From Azolla caroliniana (Eukaryota; Plantae; Polypodiophyta), in NCBI GenBank assembly GCA_043228905.1, contig JBHGNT010000002.1:5332001-5396000 (forward strand): a stretch of 64,000 bases of DNA, read 5' to 3'. Under the pieces are notes generated by a model. It had not been told where the DNA came from, did no database searches, and was given only the letters and a program-made list of their open reading frames with translations. Below, one piece after another: positions 28,627 to 46,060 of the stretch. The position numbers and the translations under genes were made by a program. Within the stretch, counting starts at the first letter, position 1; every line of letters starts with the position of its first letter.

Positions 28627-31600
28627 CGGCGTGTGGCCCATGTGACAGATAATAAACTTAGGATCACTTTATGGAACTGTAACGGCGCACTTTGGACACA
28701 TCCTGGCCGTCTAGAGGAGATTTTGAAAGTATCTGATATACTTTTTGTAGTAGAAACACATCAAAGCCCAAATCGAGGACTGCCACGAGTTGATGGTTTT
28801 CGTTGGGAATCTGTCTTTAGACAAACCTCACGTCGACACACTACTAGAGGGTCTGGGGGGGTTGCGATATTATTTCGGAAAGAGATAAATAATAGGATAG
28901 AAATACTAAAGTCAGACCCAGAAGCCCGTTTTATGTGGGTGAAAGTCCTCACTAGTAAGGATCAGGTGATATTTATCGCAGTTTGTTACTTCCCCCCGAA
29001 AGGGTCCCGTTACAATATGGCTGGAGAGGCGAGTATAGTTGATGAAGGAACGCCACATGGGCCTTCTCCATACGAACCTTTGTCGGATGACATAATCCGA
29101 TATTCTTCTCAAGGGGAAGTCTTCCTGGTAGGAGATTTCAATGCGAGAACCCAGTCCCGACAATGCACAATATTTCAGATGGATAGAAACCTAGAAATGG
29201 TGAATGTCGACCCTTTAGCCTTAGGCATAACACGTACATCGAAGGATCAAGGTGCGGATGCCACAAGCTTTGGCCATCATCTGCTTGAACTTGGAAGCTG
29301 ACACCAGATGATCATATATAATGGCTTAGCCAAGTGGCCGGGCTCGGAAGAGCTCACATGTTTCCCACATGGAGGAGGGGAAAGCACCGTTGATTATCTA
29401 ATAGGACGCCCTGAAGCTACCCACATGGTTAGCTCCTTCCAGGTGGCCCCATGCCCCATTGGGGCAGACCATACCTTCCTATACTTTGAGCTAAAATGTG
29501 ACACCTCCCACACCACCAACTCTAGTAAACCAACCCATCACATTATAATACATTTCATGCATGAGCTCGCGGACATCTACTCTCGACATGTTCAAGCCCA
29601 TCTTTCCTCGTTTGATTCTTCCTTGCCTTTAGAGAACCTCACTACAGAACTCACACACATCCTTCACTCAGCCGCCACTAGTAGCTTCCCATACACGAAA
29701 GACTCCAATCATAGTAGAATAGGGTCTATGCCACAAAACAAGTGGTATGACGAGGATTGTAGAGAGTTGTATAGACAACTTAAAGTATCGCGACTCAGTG
29801 GTACTATCTCCTTAGTACAGGCTCGCAAAGAGATGTGCAAGATGACATGTCGTAAAAGACGAGCTTGGGAAGCATCTCAATATTGAGAACTCTACCATAT
29901 GCTCATGAGTAGGGATTGTGCCCTTGCATGGAAGAGACTACGGGAACCGAGACCACAAACACCCATCGAGGATCCCAATATTTGGCACACATATACCGAG
30001 AGACTCTACCATGTCCCGAACCAACCACCCATTCCAATGCCCTCCACACCTCGACCTACCATGGGGACACTTTTCACGACCTCTAGGGTCACGAAGGTCA
30101 TAAAAAAATTACAACATAGGAAATCCATGGACCACACAGGATTGCGAGCCGAGCACATCATATATGCTCGAGAGTGCCTAGCTCCCCTTCTCACTCTAAT
30201 CTTCAACCGCGCCCTCGCCGAGGGCTTTCCACCACAATGGGCCATGAACACTGTGGCCCCTATACATAAAGGAGGGGACCCAATGGACCCAAATACATAT
30301 AGGACCATTATGATAGGTCATACGCTTGCTAAACTATATGGTGCAGTAATGGAAGCGGAGCTCAGTGATTATATGGAAACATTAAGTCTTCGAGCACCTG
30401 AGCAGGCTGGCTTTAGACGAGCCTTCTCCACTATTGACCACATCTTCACACTTAGGTGCTTAATTGACCAAACAAAGGCTCGTAAGAAGAAACTATATTG
30501 TTGCTTTGTGGACTTTCGCAAAGCCTTTGATACAGTTCCTAGGGAGAGGTTGTTTGATAGACTTAAGAGCTTGGAGATACCAAATGACATGATTTGGGCC
30601 ATTTATGCCCTATATGAGCAAGTCTGTGGGCGCGTAAGATGCCCAGGTGGCCTATCCGATTGTTTCACTAGCACCATTGGTGTAAAACAGGGTTGCCCCC
30701 TATCACCGACTCTTTTTGGGATCTACATTGATGAGATCACTGATTTTATTGCTCGTAAGGGAGGCAAAGGAGTGGCTATTGGGGATACGCAAGTTAGTCT
30801 CTTACTCTACGCAGACGACATTGTCTTGCTCTCGGAGTCGGAACACGACCTACAAAAGCATCTTAATGCCCTAGATGACTTTTGTACACAACGAGGACTG
30901 GTAGTGAATCTAGCGAAAACTAAAGTCCTTATCTTTCATACATCGTCCAGAGTTAGGAGTAAATGTCACCTCATCCTCTCTCATAAACTAGTTGAGGTGG
31001 TGGGATCTTATGTATACTTGGGAGTCACTTTTAGTGCTCGCTCAGGTAAATTCTCGATGACCCAGGCAGCCAAAGATAGGCTAACGAGAGGATATGCATC
31101 CCTCTCACTCTTAGAGAGACAATGCCACCAAGCATACTTTCAAGAGCCACGGACTAAGGGATGGCTTTTCGACTCATTAGTGACCCCGTCCCTCATGTAT
31201 GCATCAGTAGTATGGGCTCCAGGTCTACCATCTTTCATGTGGACGCAATTGGAGAGACCTTTAGTGGTGATGTTATCACGTCAACTCCGAAGCAAATCGA
31301 CAGTACCACATGACATTATTAGAGCGGAGTTTAGCCTACCCCCGATGTTAGTAGAAGCACTCTTTCAAGTGGTAGCTTTTATTCATCGGATACATAGTCA
31401 ACCACAAGATAGGATATCCCGTCGAGCCTTTGAGGCATCCCGATCCTTACATGTGTCTGGAGACACTAACTCTTGGTATAGCATTGTGGTGAGTTGGTTA
31501 TTTGCAAATGGCATAAACATTAATAACCTACCTCCCCTTAAGTACAACCATGGGACTGATCAAACTTTAATCTCTCGTGAAGATCGTAATAAAGTGATAC

Positions 31601-32376
31601 GCCAAGAAATATGGCAAATCTACACTCGATACAAATGGATCACCCCACGAGAGCCACTCCCATCTAAAATGGTGTACTATAAGGAACACTTCTTGCACTT
31701 CTCTAAGTTAGGGTTTATTACACGACCAAGATACCTAGATACTTTCTTATCAAATGCACTAAGGGTGGCCATTGGACAACTTAGGATATCATCTCACCAA
31801 CTTGAGATTGAGAATGGTCGAGCTAATAGAGTCCCTAGAGAGGAAAGGCTATGTAGGTTATGCCACATAGAGCTAGAGGATGAGTATCACTTCACATGCA
31901 AGTGCCCAACTTATGCCGAGATACGGGCGGAATACCAAGACATACTAGGACCCTCTCCCACCCTCTCCAAACTATTAGATACCCCGAGTGTAAAGAGACT
32001 AGGTAGGTATATCTTAGAGCTAAAACAACATAGGGAGGATAAATTACAAAGTGTTAATCATAACCCTTTTACTACTCATCAACATGTACCTAGTGTAATT
32101 TTTCAGGAACATGGGGAGACGATGAATGTGGATACACTTATGCCGCTCGGCCTCTCCCTTGAGGAAGCAGAAATACAAAGAGCAACCAAACGTCCTCGGA
32201 TGTTGGGCTTCAACACAAGTCAACGTGGAGTAGAAAAGATTAAGAAGATAAGGGAACGTGAGCTACGTCGACTCGAAGCTATGGTTGGGGTACCTCTTAC
32301 ATGGGGACCACGGGCCACATCCACATGGCAACCCTTTGACCCCCCGCTTCTCTTCGAGAGACTTGGATGGAAATGA
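28627..32376 (+). pseudogene. LINE ORF2 (endonuclease-reverse transcriptase), one frame with two premature TGA stops (29299, 29884)
   Basis: ORF-track pieces 28633-29301, 29308-29886 and 29899-32376 are all in the same frame. Confidence 0.9.
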
Positions 32377-32855
32377 AATTAGGCCTAGTATAGAATCATT
32401 CTCCTTCTCATTGTAGAACATGTTTTTTATATAGAACATGTTTGTTGTTTTCTTAGAACTATTTAGCTTAAACTCTATTTTATCTTATTTTTATTTTTAC
32501 TTTCGATGAATGGGTAAATATCCCATTTTTGTTGTACACCATTTGTCTCATGGGCCAATTTTGGCCTTAGAAGACGTTAATATATCTTTCTTTCTTTCTT
32601 TCTTCTTTCTCTCTCTCTCTCTCTCGTAAATAATGACTTTCATTACGAAAGAAAAAACACCACCATGACTAACTTACTGCAAAGTATAGAACCCTTTTAG
32701 GGATCTAAATATTGTTGCAACTTCAAACTCAATGCCACCCTACATGCCAATTCAGATGGCAAATATGATGATATGTGACCTTTAAGAGTTCTCTCGTCAT
32801 GGTTGAGATTTCGTGAATTCGCTACCACTGTCAATTGCCAGAAAAGAAGTAATTT

Positions 32856-33336
32856 TTGTTTACTCTGGGTTGGACTTAGCCTGAAACACAGAGTGTCCAT
32901 TATGGAACACTTCACCAAAGGGGTGGTTAAGGGATGGATGTTATCCAGCTATCCGATTCTGATCCAACAAACTCTGGTGACTTTCGGATTGTTAAGACAA
33001 CATATTAGTTATAACATGCGTAAGATTAACAATTAAAGCGCAGAACAACAAGTACACAGAGACACAATAGAATCAAACAGAACACTAAACTCATATTACT
33101 TCCGTTAAACCAATTACATAGATTCTGGACCCTTTTATAGGCATCTAGTAGGAAATACAAAACGGTGCCTTAACGGCTACCGACACTATTAATCGGTGTG
33201 GATCCGGATCAATAAAACTATCCGGATTTGTCCGTTCCTATAATATTTCCTAACTAATACTTATGCTTCTAATTATAATATTAATATCTAACTCGTCCTT
33301 GTACACATTAACCTCCGGATCATACTCTAGGCGGGA
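32856..33336 (-). mobile_element. Truncated gypsy-type LTR related to the LTR at 49812-50253
   Basis: Shares acacttcaccaaaggggtg, aatacaaaacggtgcc and ggatccggatc. A degenerate PBS-like ccactgtcaattgcca lies to its left. Confidence 0.6.
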
Positions 33337-34625
33337 ATGTGATATGACATGTTCCACCTCATCCTCTAAAAATGTCAACATCTAATGATTGTGCCACATC
33401 ATGTGATACATGATTTTTCACTCCATTAAAAACTATTATCCATTTTAACATTATCATTGATATATACTTGTACATGCAACAATTGTGTATAATATTCTAT
33501 GCATTTCTTCACAATTTCTTGAGGATCGAAACAAGTGATACCATTGTCCTCCAACCATACCACATTATGTCATGCATGTGATTCATGAAGGTCATGAAAA
33601 AACTTATGTGATTGACAATTAACATCCTCCACATCTTGTCTTACACGATATTGTCTAGCATGTTAATAATTTTTCTCTGTAAGATCATACATCGCAGAAC
33701 TTAATACCTCTCTATAAGATCTATGATATGATCTAAGAAGATTAGTTATGTAATCAAATAAAGCTAACAAGTTTCAAAGGTATACTTCTCATAAGGTTTG
33801 GTCATACAATTGCAAACACTTGGAAAGCGGGCACAAAGTCCAAGAGTATGATCAATAATGAGCCAATAAGCTCAACCACAATGGACTAAATGACTATGAG
33901 TCACTTGATTGTTATTCAAAAAACCATAAACAAGCAAGGTAAAGAGATTAGAACACTAATGAAGGAGAATCCTAAGCTCCAAATTGTTATCATTGAGAAT
34001 GAAAGTCTTAAGAAAATGGTTACAAAACTTGAAGACGAGATTCAAGAATATAAGAAAGCTTCTTTCGAAATAAATGAGTGCTTGAACAAGATTGAGTTGA
34101 AGGAAGCTAAAAGAAGAAAATTTGGACACGGTGTAAGTAAGATGAAAAATGTATACACAACGAAGTCATGGGCCAATGTATGTGGTAGGGATATGGTATC
34201 AAACTCATCTATTATTCATGTGATAAATCAACAGAAGAATATAGAAAGCATAGGTGTCCGAGAATTGAAAGAACATGAATGATGATCAAAGAATGTTGTT
34301 ATCTGTGGGATTAAAGAGGAGAATATGGAAACACATGCATTTTTCAAAAAGGCGAACAATTAATTTTAAAGGATACATTATAGTATGTCGGATATGAATG
34401 TATATGGGGTACACTGAGCTAATAAACATGGTGTTGCTTGCTCCAAAGAAAGGCCTATTATATACACAATGACAGATGATAAAAATTGAAGGATCATGCT
34501 CGAAAATAGTTGGGTATACCTTAAAGGTATGCAATGTTTTATGAGGGAAGATTGTACTATCTCGCAACAAAAAGGCCCGTCATAAAGCATATGAAGGAAA
34601 ATTGAAAAATGTAAGTTAAACAAGC
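33337..34625. repeat. Third copy (direct) of the LINE-RT/ORF1 chimeric block at about 15475-16612
   Basis: Colinear from tgacatgttcc.cctcatcctctaaaaatgtc to aaggcccgtcataaagcatatgaag...aagttaaacaag. Confidence 0.9.
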
Positions 34626-35110
34626 ATATGAAGAAATTTTTTGTATTCTCGAATATGACGAATATCACGCATGGGTCAATCTATGGGTATGTGTATGTGT
34701 ATAGTACGTAATATACTCGAATGCATAGGCAAACATTCGTTTTCATACGAATGAAAGAGAATGCGTATTTTATGAAAACATTCTTATGTTTTTTTTGTAC
34801 ACTTTTTCTTATCTTTAACTTTCTTACCTTAAATTTTTTTTAATTTTTTACCTTATAATAAATAACGAATACAAAGGTATGGTATTTACCATACTTCGAA
34901 GGGTGTTTACCATACGCGAATGCTTGACACCACGTATGGTACGCGTGTGGCCGTGTAGAATGAGAGCACCTGTTGATCACGTGACCAGACTCACGAGACT
35001 CTCGCAAAACAGAAAAAGCCCTGTTTCTGCTACTTCTACATACTTCTCGTCGCAGAGAGAGAACTCATACCCCACAGTGAAGACATTGCCCCACAGTGAA
35101 GGCTACAGCC

Positions 35111-39087
<3,977 letters not shown>

Positions 39088-39709
39088 TTTTTGTTTGTCA
39101 AATAGTTTCATGACTCGTCTTGTATGAGATGAAATATGATGAATTCAAAAACAAAATGTATTCTATAGAAGAAACTGCCAATAAGATAAAAGAATAGCTG
39201 GTTATTTAAAGAAGCATTTATTCTCTTTAAGCATCAGCTACTGGGGAGTCATATTTGATCTCCCAAAAGAATAGTAAAATCCAACTATCAATTGCTCCCT
39301 ATCCTCACTCATGGAAGTGATGTTGAAATGTTTTCTAAGGATATTTTTCTGCATTGTGTTAGTTATAACTCTTCTATCATCATGGGGGAGTTCTAGGTTT
39401 TAGATAAATGGTTATGATCTAAAGTTAGCATGATTGTGTTCTTAGCCATTTGGTAGCTTTATTGTGATTAGTGGACAAGAATACATTGTGGTCTCCCATA
39501 CTGATTTAACACAACCTATGGGGCTTGTAAATGATGATTATTCTTTCCAAAACCATTGGAAATTTGCTCACAATTAGAATTAATCAATGAATGTTTGTGG
39601 GAGTAGTCTCTCAAATTGAATAATTGTGTCATTGGTGAACTCTTCTATGCTAAATCTTGCATTCCATGGGAATCCATTACATTTCCAAAAGTATAGTTGT
39701 AGAAGACAT

Positions 39710-42700
39710 TGTTGTGGAGAAAGCCGCCCCCCTAGGGGGAATCAAAGGGGGGAGGCGTGACCCAACCCTTTTCGCGCGTGCGGGTGTGTGTTTATGAAAT
39801 TGTACATAGCTAGGGATAGATCGGCTGATGTACATATGTACTAGGAAGGGTATTAATTGTCTAGGGAATCGATGTGTATCTTTTGTTGAGAGACAAGCTC
39901 AACATCGGCCGGATCGGTTGGGACCGATCGGTTAGGCCGAATGCGTAAATTGGTATGTAGACCGGTGCGTAGGTAGGGCCAGATTGGTGCGTAAACCGGG
40001 ATGCCGTTAGGAAAGATATTTCGTGAGGAATATATTTGGGAGTTAGTGTAGGAGCTTTTAATGAGCATTGAAGTACTGTCAGTACTTCGGTCAGTCCTTC
40101 TAGGACTTGTATAAAAGTGTTCATTGAACACACATATGTATAGAGAGTGGTGAATAAAGATTGAGTATTTTTTTGTTGAATATAGTTCTTGTGTTTTCTC
40201 TCTCTCACTCTCTTTGTCTCTCCCGCGTACACCGTGTAAGCTCAAGCTCTCCATTAAACCTTAGTTTTCTTCTTTCTGTTCAGTCTTCATACTTGCTTCC
40301 GCACGCTACTCTTTTCATGGTATTAGAGCGCGAGGGTTGAGAACCTCTCTGCAGCCGATACAGCTTGACGAAGAAGACCAAGAAGAACGATGGATAGAGG
40401 CATGGCGAGCTCGCTTCCAACAGAGAAGCTCGACAGAACCAACTACGCATCTTGGTCTTACAAGATGCACCAGTACTTGCTCGGGCACGACTACTAGAGT
40501 TATGTCGAAGGAGCTAATGACGCGGCACCTGAATTGACACACAGAGACTTCCCGTCGTGGGAGCAATCGGCGAGCAGGGTATTATACTGCTTCGCGTCGT
40601 GTGTGGACGAACAACTATTGAGCTATGTTCGGGATGCAAAGACGCCGAAGGGTGCGTGGGAAAATCTGAAGAAGATTTTCGCCGCGAGCACCACAGCCAG
40701 GAAGCTTCAGCTCCGACAGGAGTTGAGCAACCTACAACAACGCGACTTGTCGGTGGCGGACTATACCTCGAAGATCAAGGATATCTGCGACTCCCTCGCC
40801 TCCATAGAGGTGAACATCGAGGAGAGCGAGATGGTCCAGATCTGTCTTGGAGGTTTGGCGTTGAAGTTCGGAGCGTTCCGAACGATTGTGTACCCGGGAG
40901 AATACGCCGTCCTTTTTCGACTTACAGTCGATGCTCCTGGTAGAGGAGAACCACGCGGGTGCGTCGACGAGCACGCACACCGACAACAAGATGTTGTACA
41001 CGGAGGGAGAAAGGCCCCGTGGTCGTGGCGGACTAGGCGAGTTGGTAAGACAATGGAAGCGACCGACGAGATCAAGGAAGAAGGCATCGAAGTGATGCCG
41101 ACAGCAACTCCGGACCCTTCGGAACCAGGGGGAATTGAAGCGATGAGAACCGGTAAGGGAAGGTCATCGTGGAGTGCTGGTACTGTGGCAAGAAAGGCCA
41201 TAGGGAAAGTGAGTGCTGGAAGAAGCGCGCTGATTCGGAGAGAACCAGTTCCGGAAACGGCTCCAGACATACTGACAAGGGAAATCGGCAGCGATCGCAC
41301 TACACCGAAGACTCCGGGAGAGCCGGAGAAGGATCTGCCTTCGTGACGAGACACGAAGCAAACTCAATGAAATAGAGCACCCCGAGATCGGACGAGGTGT
41401 GGTACGTAGACTCTGGCGCGTCAAACCACATGACGAGTCATAAGGAGTGGTTCTCGTACCTCGAAAAACCGATACAACCTGGAGTAGTCGCAACTGGAGA
41501 CGACACTCTGCATCCGATCGCGAACGTCGGAGAAGTTCCCCTTAGCCATGTTGGGCAGAAAGGGAAACTCATGAACGTGCTGCACGTTCCGACAATCACG
41601 AAGAACTTGGTCTTGGTCGGACAGATCGTCGACCAAGGGATGGAGGTTCGGTTTACACACCTCGGGTGCTTCATTGAGGAAGAAGGCCGTGTGATTGCGC
41701 AAGGGCGTAGAGACGGGAGGATGTTCATCCTCAACTCCACTGACAGCAGCACCGCAATGTTCGCGAAGGGACAAAAATCCGAGTCGGACATCGACTTGTG
41801 GCACAAGCGGATAGGCCACATCAACTACCAACGGCTTCAAGATCTGCAATCGAAACAGGTAGTGTTCGGATTGCCTAAATTTAGTGGCCGAAAGGCACAA
41901 ATTTGTGAAGCCTGCCAGCTTGGGAAGCAACACCAACTTCCTTTCCCCAACGAACGAAACCGGAGCCGAAACAAGCTCGACCTTATACACTCCGATGTAT
42001 GGGGGCCGACACAAAACGTTAGTCTTGGCGGGAGCCGATATTTTGTCTCTTTCATCGACGACCACACGCGACACACGTGGATCTACCTCATTGAGAGGAA
42101 GAGCGAAGTCTTCGACTGTTTTCGGGACCTCAAAGGGTTCGTGGAAACGGAAACGGGACGAAAGATCAAGTGCTTGCGGTCGGATGGCGGGAAAGAGTAC
42201 TTCTTCGGTCAATTCAACAGTTATCTACAACAAATGGGAATTCGGCGTGAATTCAATTGTAGATACACGCCGGAGCAGAACGGCGTGGCCGAGAGGAAGA
42301 ATCGGTCAGTTGTGGAAGCGGCACGGGCAATGCTGGAGGAGAAGAGCTTGCCCAAGTTCTAATGGGCCGAGGCGGTAAGGACCGCGGTATACATCCAGAA
42401 CCGGATCGGAGACAAAGTGTCGGCGCACGAGCTATATTTCGGAACGAAGCTGAACTTGCGACACTTGAGGGTGTTCGGTAACATTGCATATGTGCATGTA
42501 CCGAAGGAGAAAAGGAGGAAGCTGGACGCAAAGGTCGAGAAATGCATCTTGGTCGGTTACTCGGACGAGCAGAAGGGTTATAAGTGCTATAACCCTCGCA
42601 CCAAACAAGCGCGTGTTAGCCGCGACGTTGTGGTTGACGAGTCCGCGTCCTGGTACCAGCCCTCGACTTCGAAACCCGACTCCAATCCAAACTCTGACGA

Positions 42701-45700
42701 TGAGATCAGCGAGGCCGAGATGCCTCCGGATGAGCCTGAAATCAAGACCCGTGAAGAGAGTTCGATTTCACTCCGTTTAAGTGGACCGATTGGACGACTG
42801 AGTCGGTACCACTAGTCCGATGAAGAGCCGGCGAGTAGTGGAGACTCGGCCGTGCATTCCCCGCTTAGGAAGCCGAGGAGATGGCTTACGCGCAAAGAGA
42901 AAGGGAAGAAGAAGGTGTTGGATTCCGGCACGGATAGGAACGAGTCAGACCAACGCGAATCCGACTTCGAGGGAACCGGTGACGGGACTTTAAAGGTGAA
43001 GTCCGCGTCGACCAAGAAGGCCTCGACATTGACTAATGTGAGATTACGTCGATCTACCCGTCAGAAGCATCCTGTTTTGCGGTTCGGATACGAGTACATG
43101 GTGCATCATTAAGCGTACATGACCCGTGTAGCGGAAGTGCGTGAGCCGGAGAGCTACCCAGAAGTGGCTAACGACGCGAATTGGCGTGCCGCGATGGAGG
43201 AAGAGATGCACGCATTGGCGGAAAACGAGACCTGGGATCTAGTTGACGCACTGAAGGGGGTAAAACTGATTGGGTGTAGGTAGGTGTACAAGGTCAAGTA
43301 CAACATCGATGACTCGGTCAACCGGTACAAGGCTCGGCTAGTGGCAAAGGGCTACGCACAGAAACACGACATCGACTACGATGAGACGTTTGTGCCGGTT
43401 GTGAAAATGACGACCGTCTGTGTTTTGCTCGCAGTAGCTGTTGTGAAGGGGTGGCACCTACATCAGATGGATATAAAGAATGCGTTCCTGCAAGGTGACC
43501 TTGAGGAACAGGTGTACATGGTACAACCCCCCGGATTTCACTCTGGAACGAACTCCTCGGCAGTATGCCGACTGAAGAAGTCCCTTTACGGACTAAAGCA
43601 AGCCCTGCGTGCTTGGAACACGAAGATCACGCAACAACTGCGTCGGATGGGGTTCGTCACGTCAAAATCGGACTCTTCCCTGTTCATCCGGAAAGGTCGA
43701 CTTGGACCGGTTAGTATTCTACTATATGTTGATGACTTGGTCATCATCGGCGCCGACTTAGGAGAAATCGACCGCGTGAAGCTCCAGCTTGCGGCATTGT
43801 TCGACATGAAGGATCTGGGGGACCTTCATTACTTCCTCGGGATCGAAGTGATCCGTACCCCCGAAGGCATATTGATAAGCCAACGTCATTACGTGCTGAG
43901 TATGCTCTTCAAATTCGGGATGGCCGACTGTAAGTCTGTCTCGACTTCTCTGGACAGAACCGTCAAGCTTCGTCCTGATATGGGAAAGGTATGCGACCCG
44001 ACGAGGTTCTGACAAATTGTCGGAAGCCTCGTATACTTGACCATCACCCAACCCGACCTCAGTTATCCGGTCGGAGTGATTAGTCAGTTCATGGCGCGAC
44101 CTACCGAGGAGCACCTTTAGTGTGCGCAACGCATACTTCGGTATGTCAACGACACTAAGGACCAGGGACTGCTATATCGGACCGGTGCAGCTGCGCAGTT
44201 AGTCGGCTACACCGATGCTGATTGGGCTGACAACGCCGCCGATCGACGATCCACGTCCGGATACGTGTTCTCCCTCGGGAGTGCCGCGATCGCGTGGAGC
44301 AATAAGAAGCAGCCGACAGTTGCACTATCGAGCACCGAAGCTGAGTATCGAGGAGCGGCCGTCGCGACATGCGAAGCCATATGGTTGAAGCGACTACTTA
44401 AGGATCTGCAGGTGGAGGTGTCCGATCCAACGACGATCTACTGCGACAACCTCAGTAGCATCCAACTCGCGAAGAACCCCGTATTCCATGCACGGACCAA
44501 GCACATTGAGGTGCACTACCATTTTGTCCGTGAGCGTGTCCTTTCTGCTGAAGTCGAACTTCGATACGTTCCGATGGATCGACAGACTGCCGACATCTTC
44601 ACCAAGCCTCTTGGTCTGGACAAGTTGCGGCAATTCTCAGGTGCGCTCGGATTCCGTCACCTCGACGTGCCAAACTTGAGGGGGAGAATAGTCTCGAACG
44701 ACCAAGCAAGGAAGCAAGAAAGGAGTGGAGACCGTGACACCGAATCGGTTGACTTGGTTGTCGAGTTCGACTTCGGATCGGCTGAAGAAGCCGAGGGCGG
44801 AACCGCGGAAAAGTCCGAAGCGGACAGAAGGGGAGCAACCGAAGGAGAGAGCCGAAGCCAACCACGCATGGGGAAGATGACGCCATCGAGCAAAAGACCG
44901 AAGACAAGTTGGAGACAGCCAACTCGGACGAGAGCGAAAACCGATCGGAGGTAGCCGAGTCGGTTCGGATGTTTGATTCAGATACGCTGAATCAACCGAG
45001 GCCCAAGCGGAAGAAAAGGCAGCAGGAGAAGCGTCAACACCGCAACAACAGAAGAGCTGATAAGGGCCACATGAGCAGACAAGCCGGCCAGAAGGGTCGA
45101 AGCGCGCGGAGTTGAACAGGTCGAGGAGCGCGAGCGAGGCGTGGAGCTAGGAGAAGCCAGAGCATAGGTCCGGCAGAACAGGCGGAACCTCAAGTTGAGC
45201 TTGAGGGGGAGTGTTGAGAGATAAGCTCAATATCGGCCGGATCGGCTGAAGAAGCCGAGGACCGATCGGTTAGGCCGAATGCGTAAACCGGGAGGTTGTT
45301 AGGAAAGATATTCCGTGAGGAATATATTTGGGAGTTAGTGTAGGAGCTCTTAATGAGCATTGAAGTACTGTCAGTACTTCGGTCAATCCTTCTAGGACTT
45401 GTATAAAAGTGTTCATTGAACACACATATGTATAGAGAGTGGTGAATAGAGATTGAATATTTTTTTGTTGAATATAGTTCTTGTGTTTTCTCTCTCACTC
45501 TCTTTGTCTCTCCCGCGTACACCGTGTAAGCTCAAGCTCTCCATTAAACCTTAGTTTTCTTCCTTCTGTTCGGTCTTCATACTTGCTTTCGCACACTACT
45601 CTTTTCATCTTTGTCCGAAAGCACAGAGAATAAAGTTGATATGTTTTGATGTAACGGTCTCCTCGATGACCTATAAAAGGGGGGGGAGAAGAAGAAGAAT

Positions 45701-46060
45701 AATATCGCGTTTTGGCAAGGACGAAGTGCTGTTGGACCGGGACCGAGCTCTCTCCTCCTCCACCGTTGCTGTCCACTACGTTTTTGTGTCGGTTGCCTTT
45801 GTTGTGCGTGGCTCGTGTGCTTCTAGCAGAGGCTCCACCGTGCGTTCTCTATGTTGTTCGTGTGTGTGCATGGGACCTCCGTTTGGGGTTTGCTACCAGT
45901 TTGCCGGTTGTAATCATGGTTGACATTGTAATTGAATCTTCAGTTCCTGTCTCTCTCCCCCTGTGTTTCTGTAAGTCGCTCCCCTCCTTTCCCACGCTCC
46001 TTGGTTTAGGGCCCCCGTGGTCCCGCCTCATTTCACACGTGAGAGCGTAACAACACGACA
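39710..46060 (+). mobile_element. Solo LTR of about 620 bp (39710-39883 plus 45613-46060), split by a copia insertion; 4-bp TSD
   Basis: Termini TGTTGTG...CACGACA, TATAAAA at about 45672, and flanks ACAT/ACGT versus the empty site ACGT in the other arm. Confidence 0.75.
39884..45607 (+). mobile_element. Complete but mutated Ty1/copia retrotransposon; LTRs 39884-40317 and 45212-45607; TSD TCTTT
   Basis: TG...CA LTRs, PBS tggtattagagc (40318) and PPT gagggggag. Domains CWYCGKKGHRESEC, WYVDSGAS, WHKRIGH/CEAC, IHSDVWGP, LYVDD and ADIFTK. Several stops and frameshifts are present. Confidence 0.96.

Larger units (their letters stand above)
27283..32625 (+). mobile_element. Full-length LINE (RTEX/L2-group-like): GC-rich 5' UTR, ORF1, ORF2 (APE-RT-Zn finger), (CTTT)n(CT)n tail
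   Basis: APE motifs ITLWNCNG, VETH, LVGDFNA, STVDY and ADH. RT motifs FVDFRKAFD, GVKQGCPLSP, LLYADD and YLG. Clade assignment is from motif style only. Confidence 0.92.

Noticed and set aside
40557-45193. Numerous overlapping and antisense ORFs within the copia (likewise 51994-55718 and 61601-63959)
   Set aside because: They are shadow frames of GC-rich pol sequence with no independent motifs.
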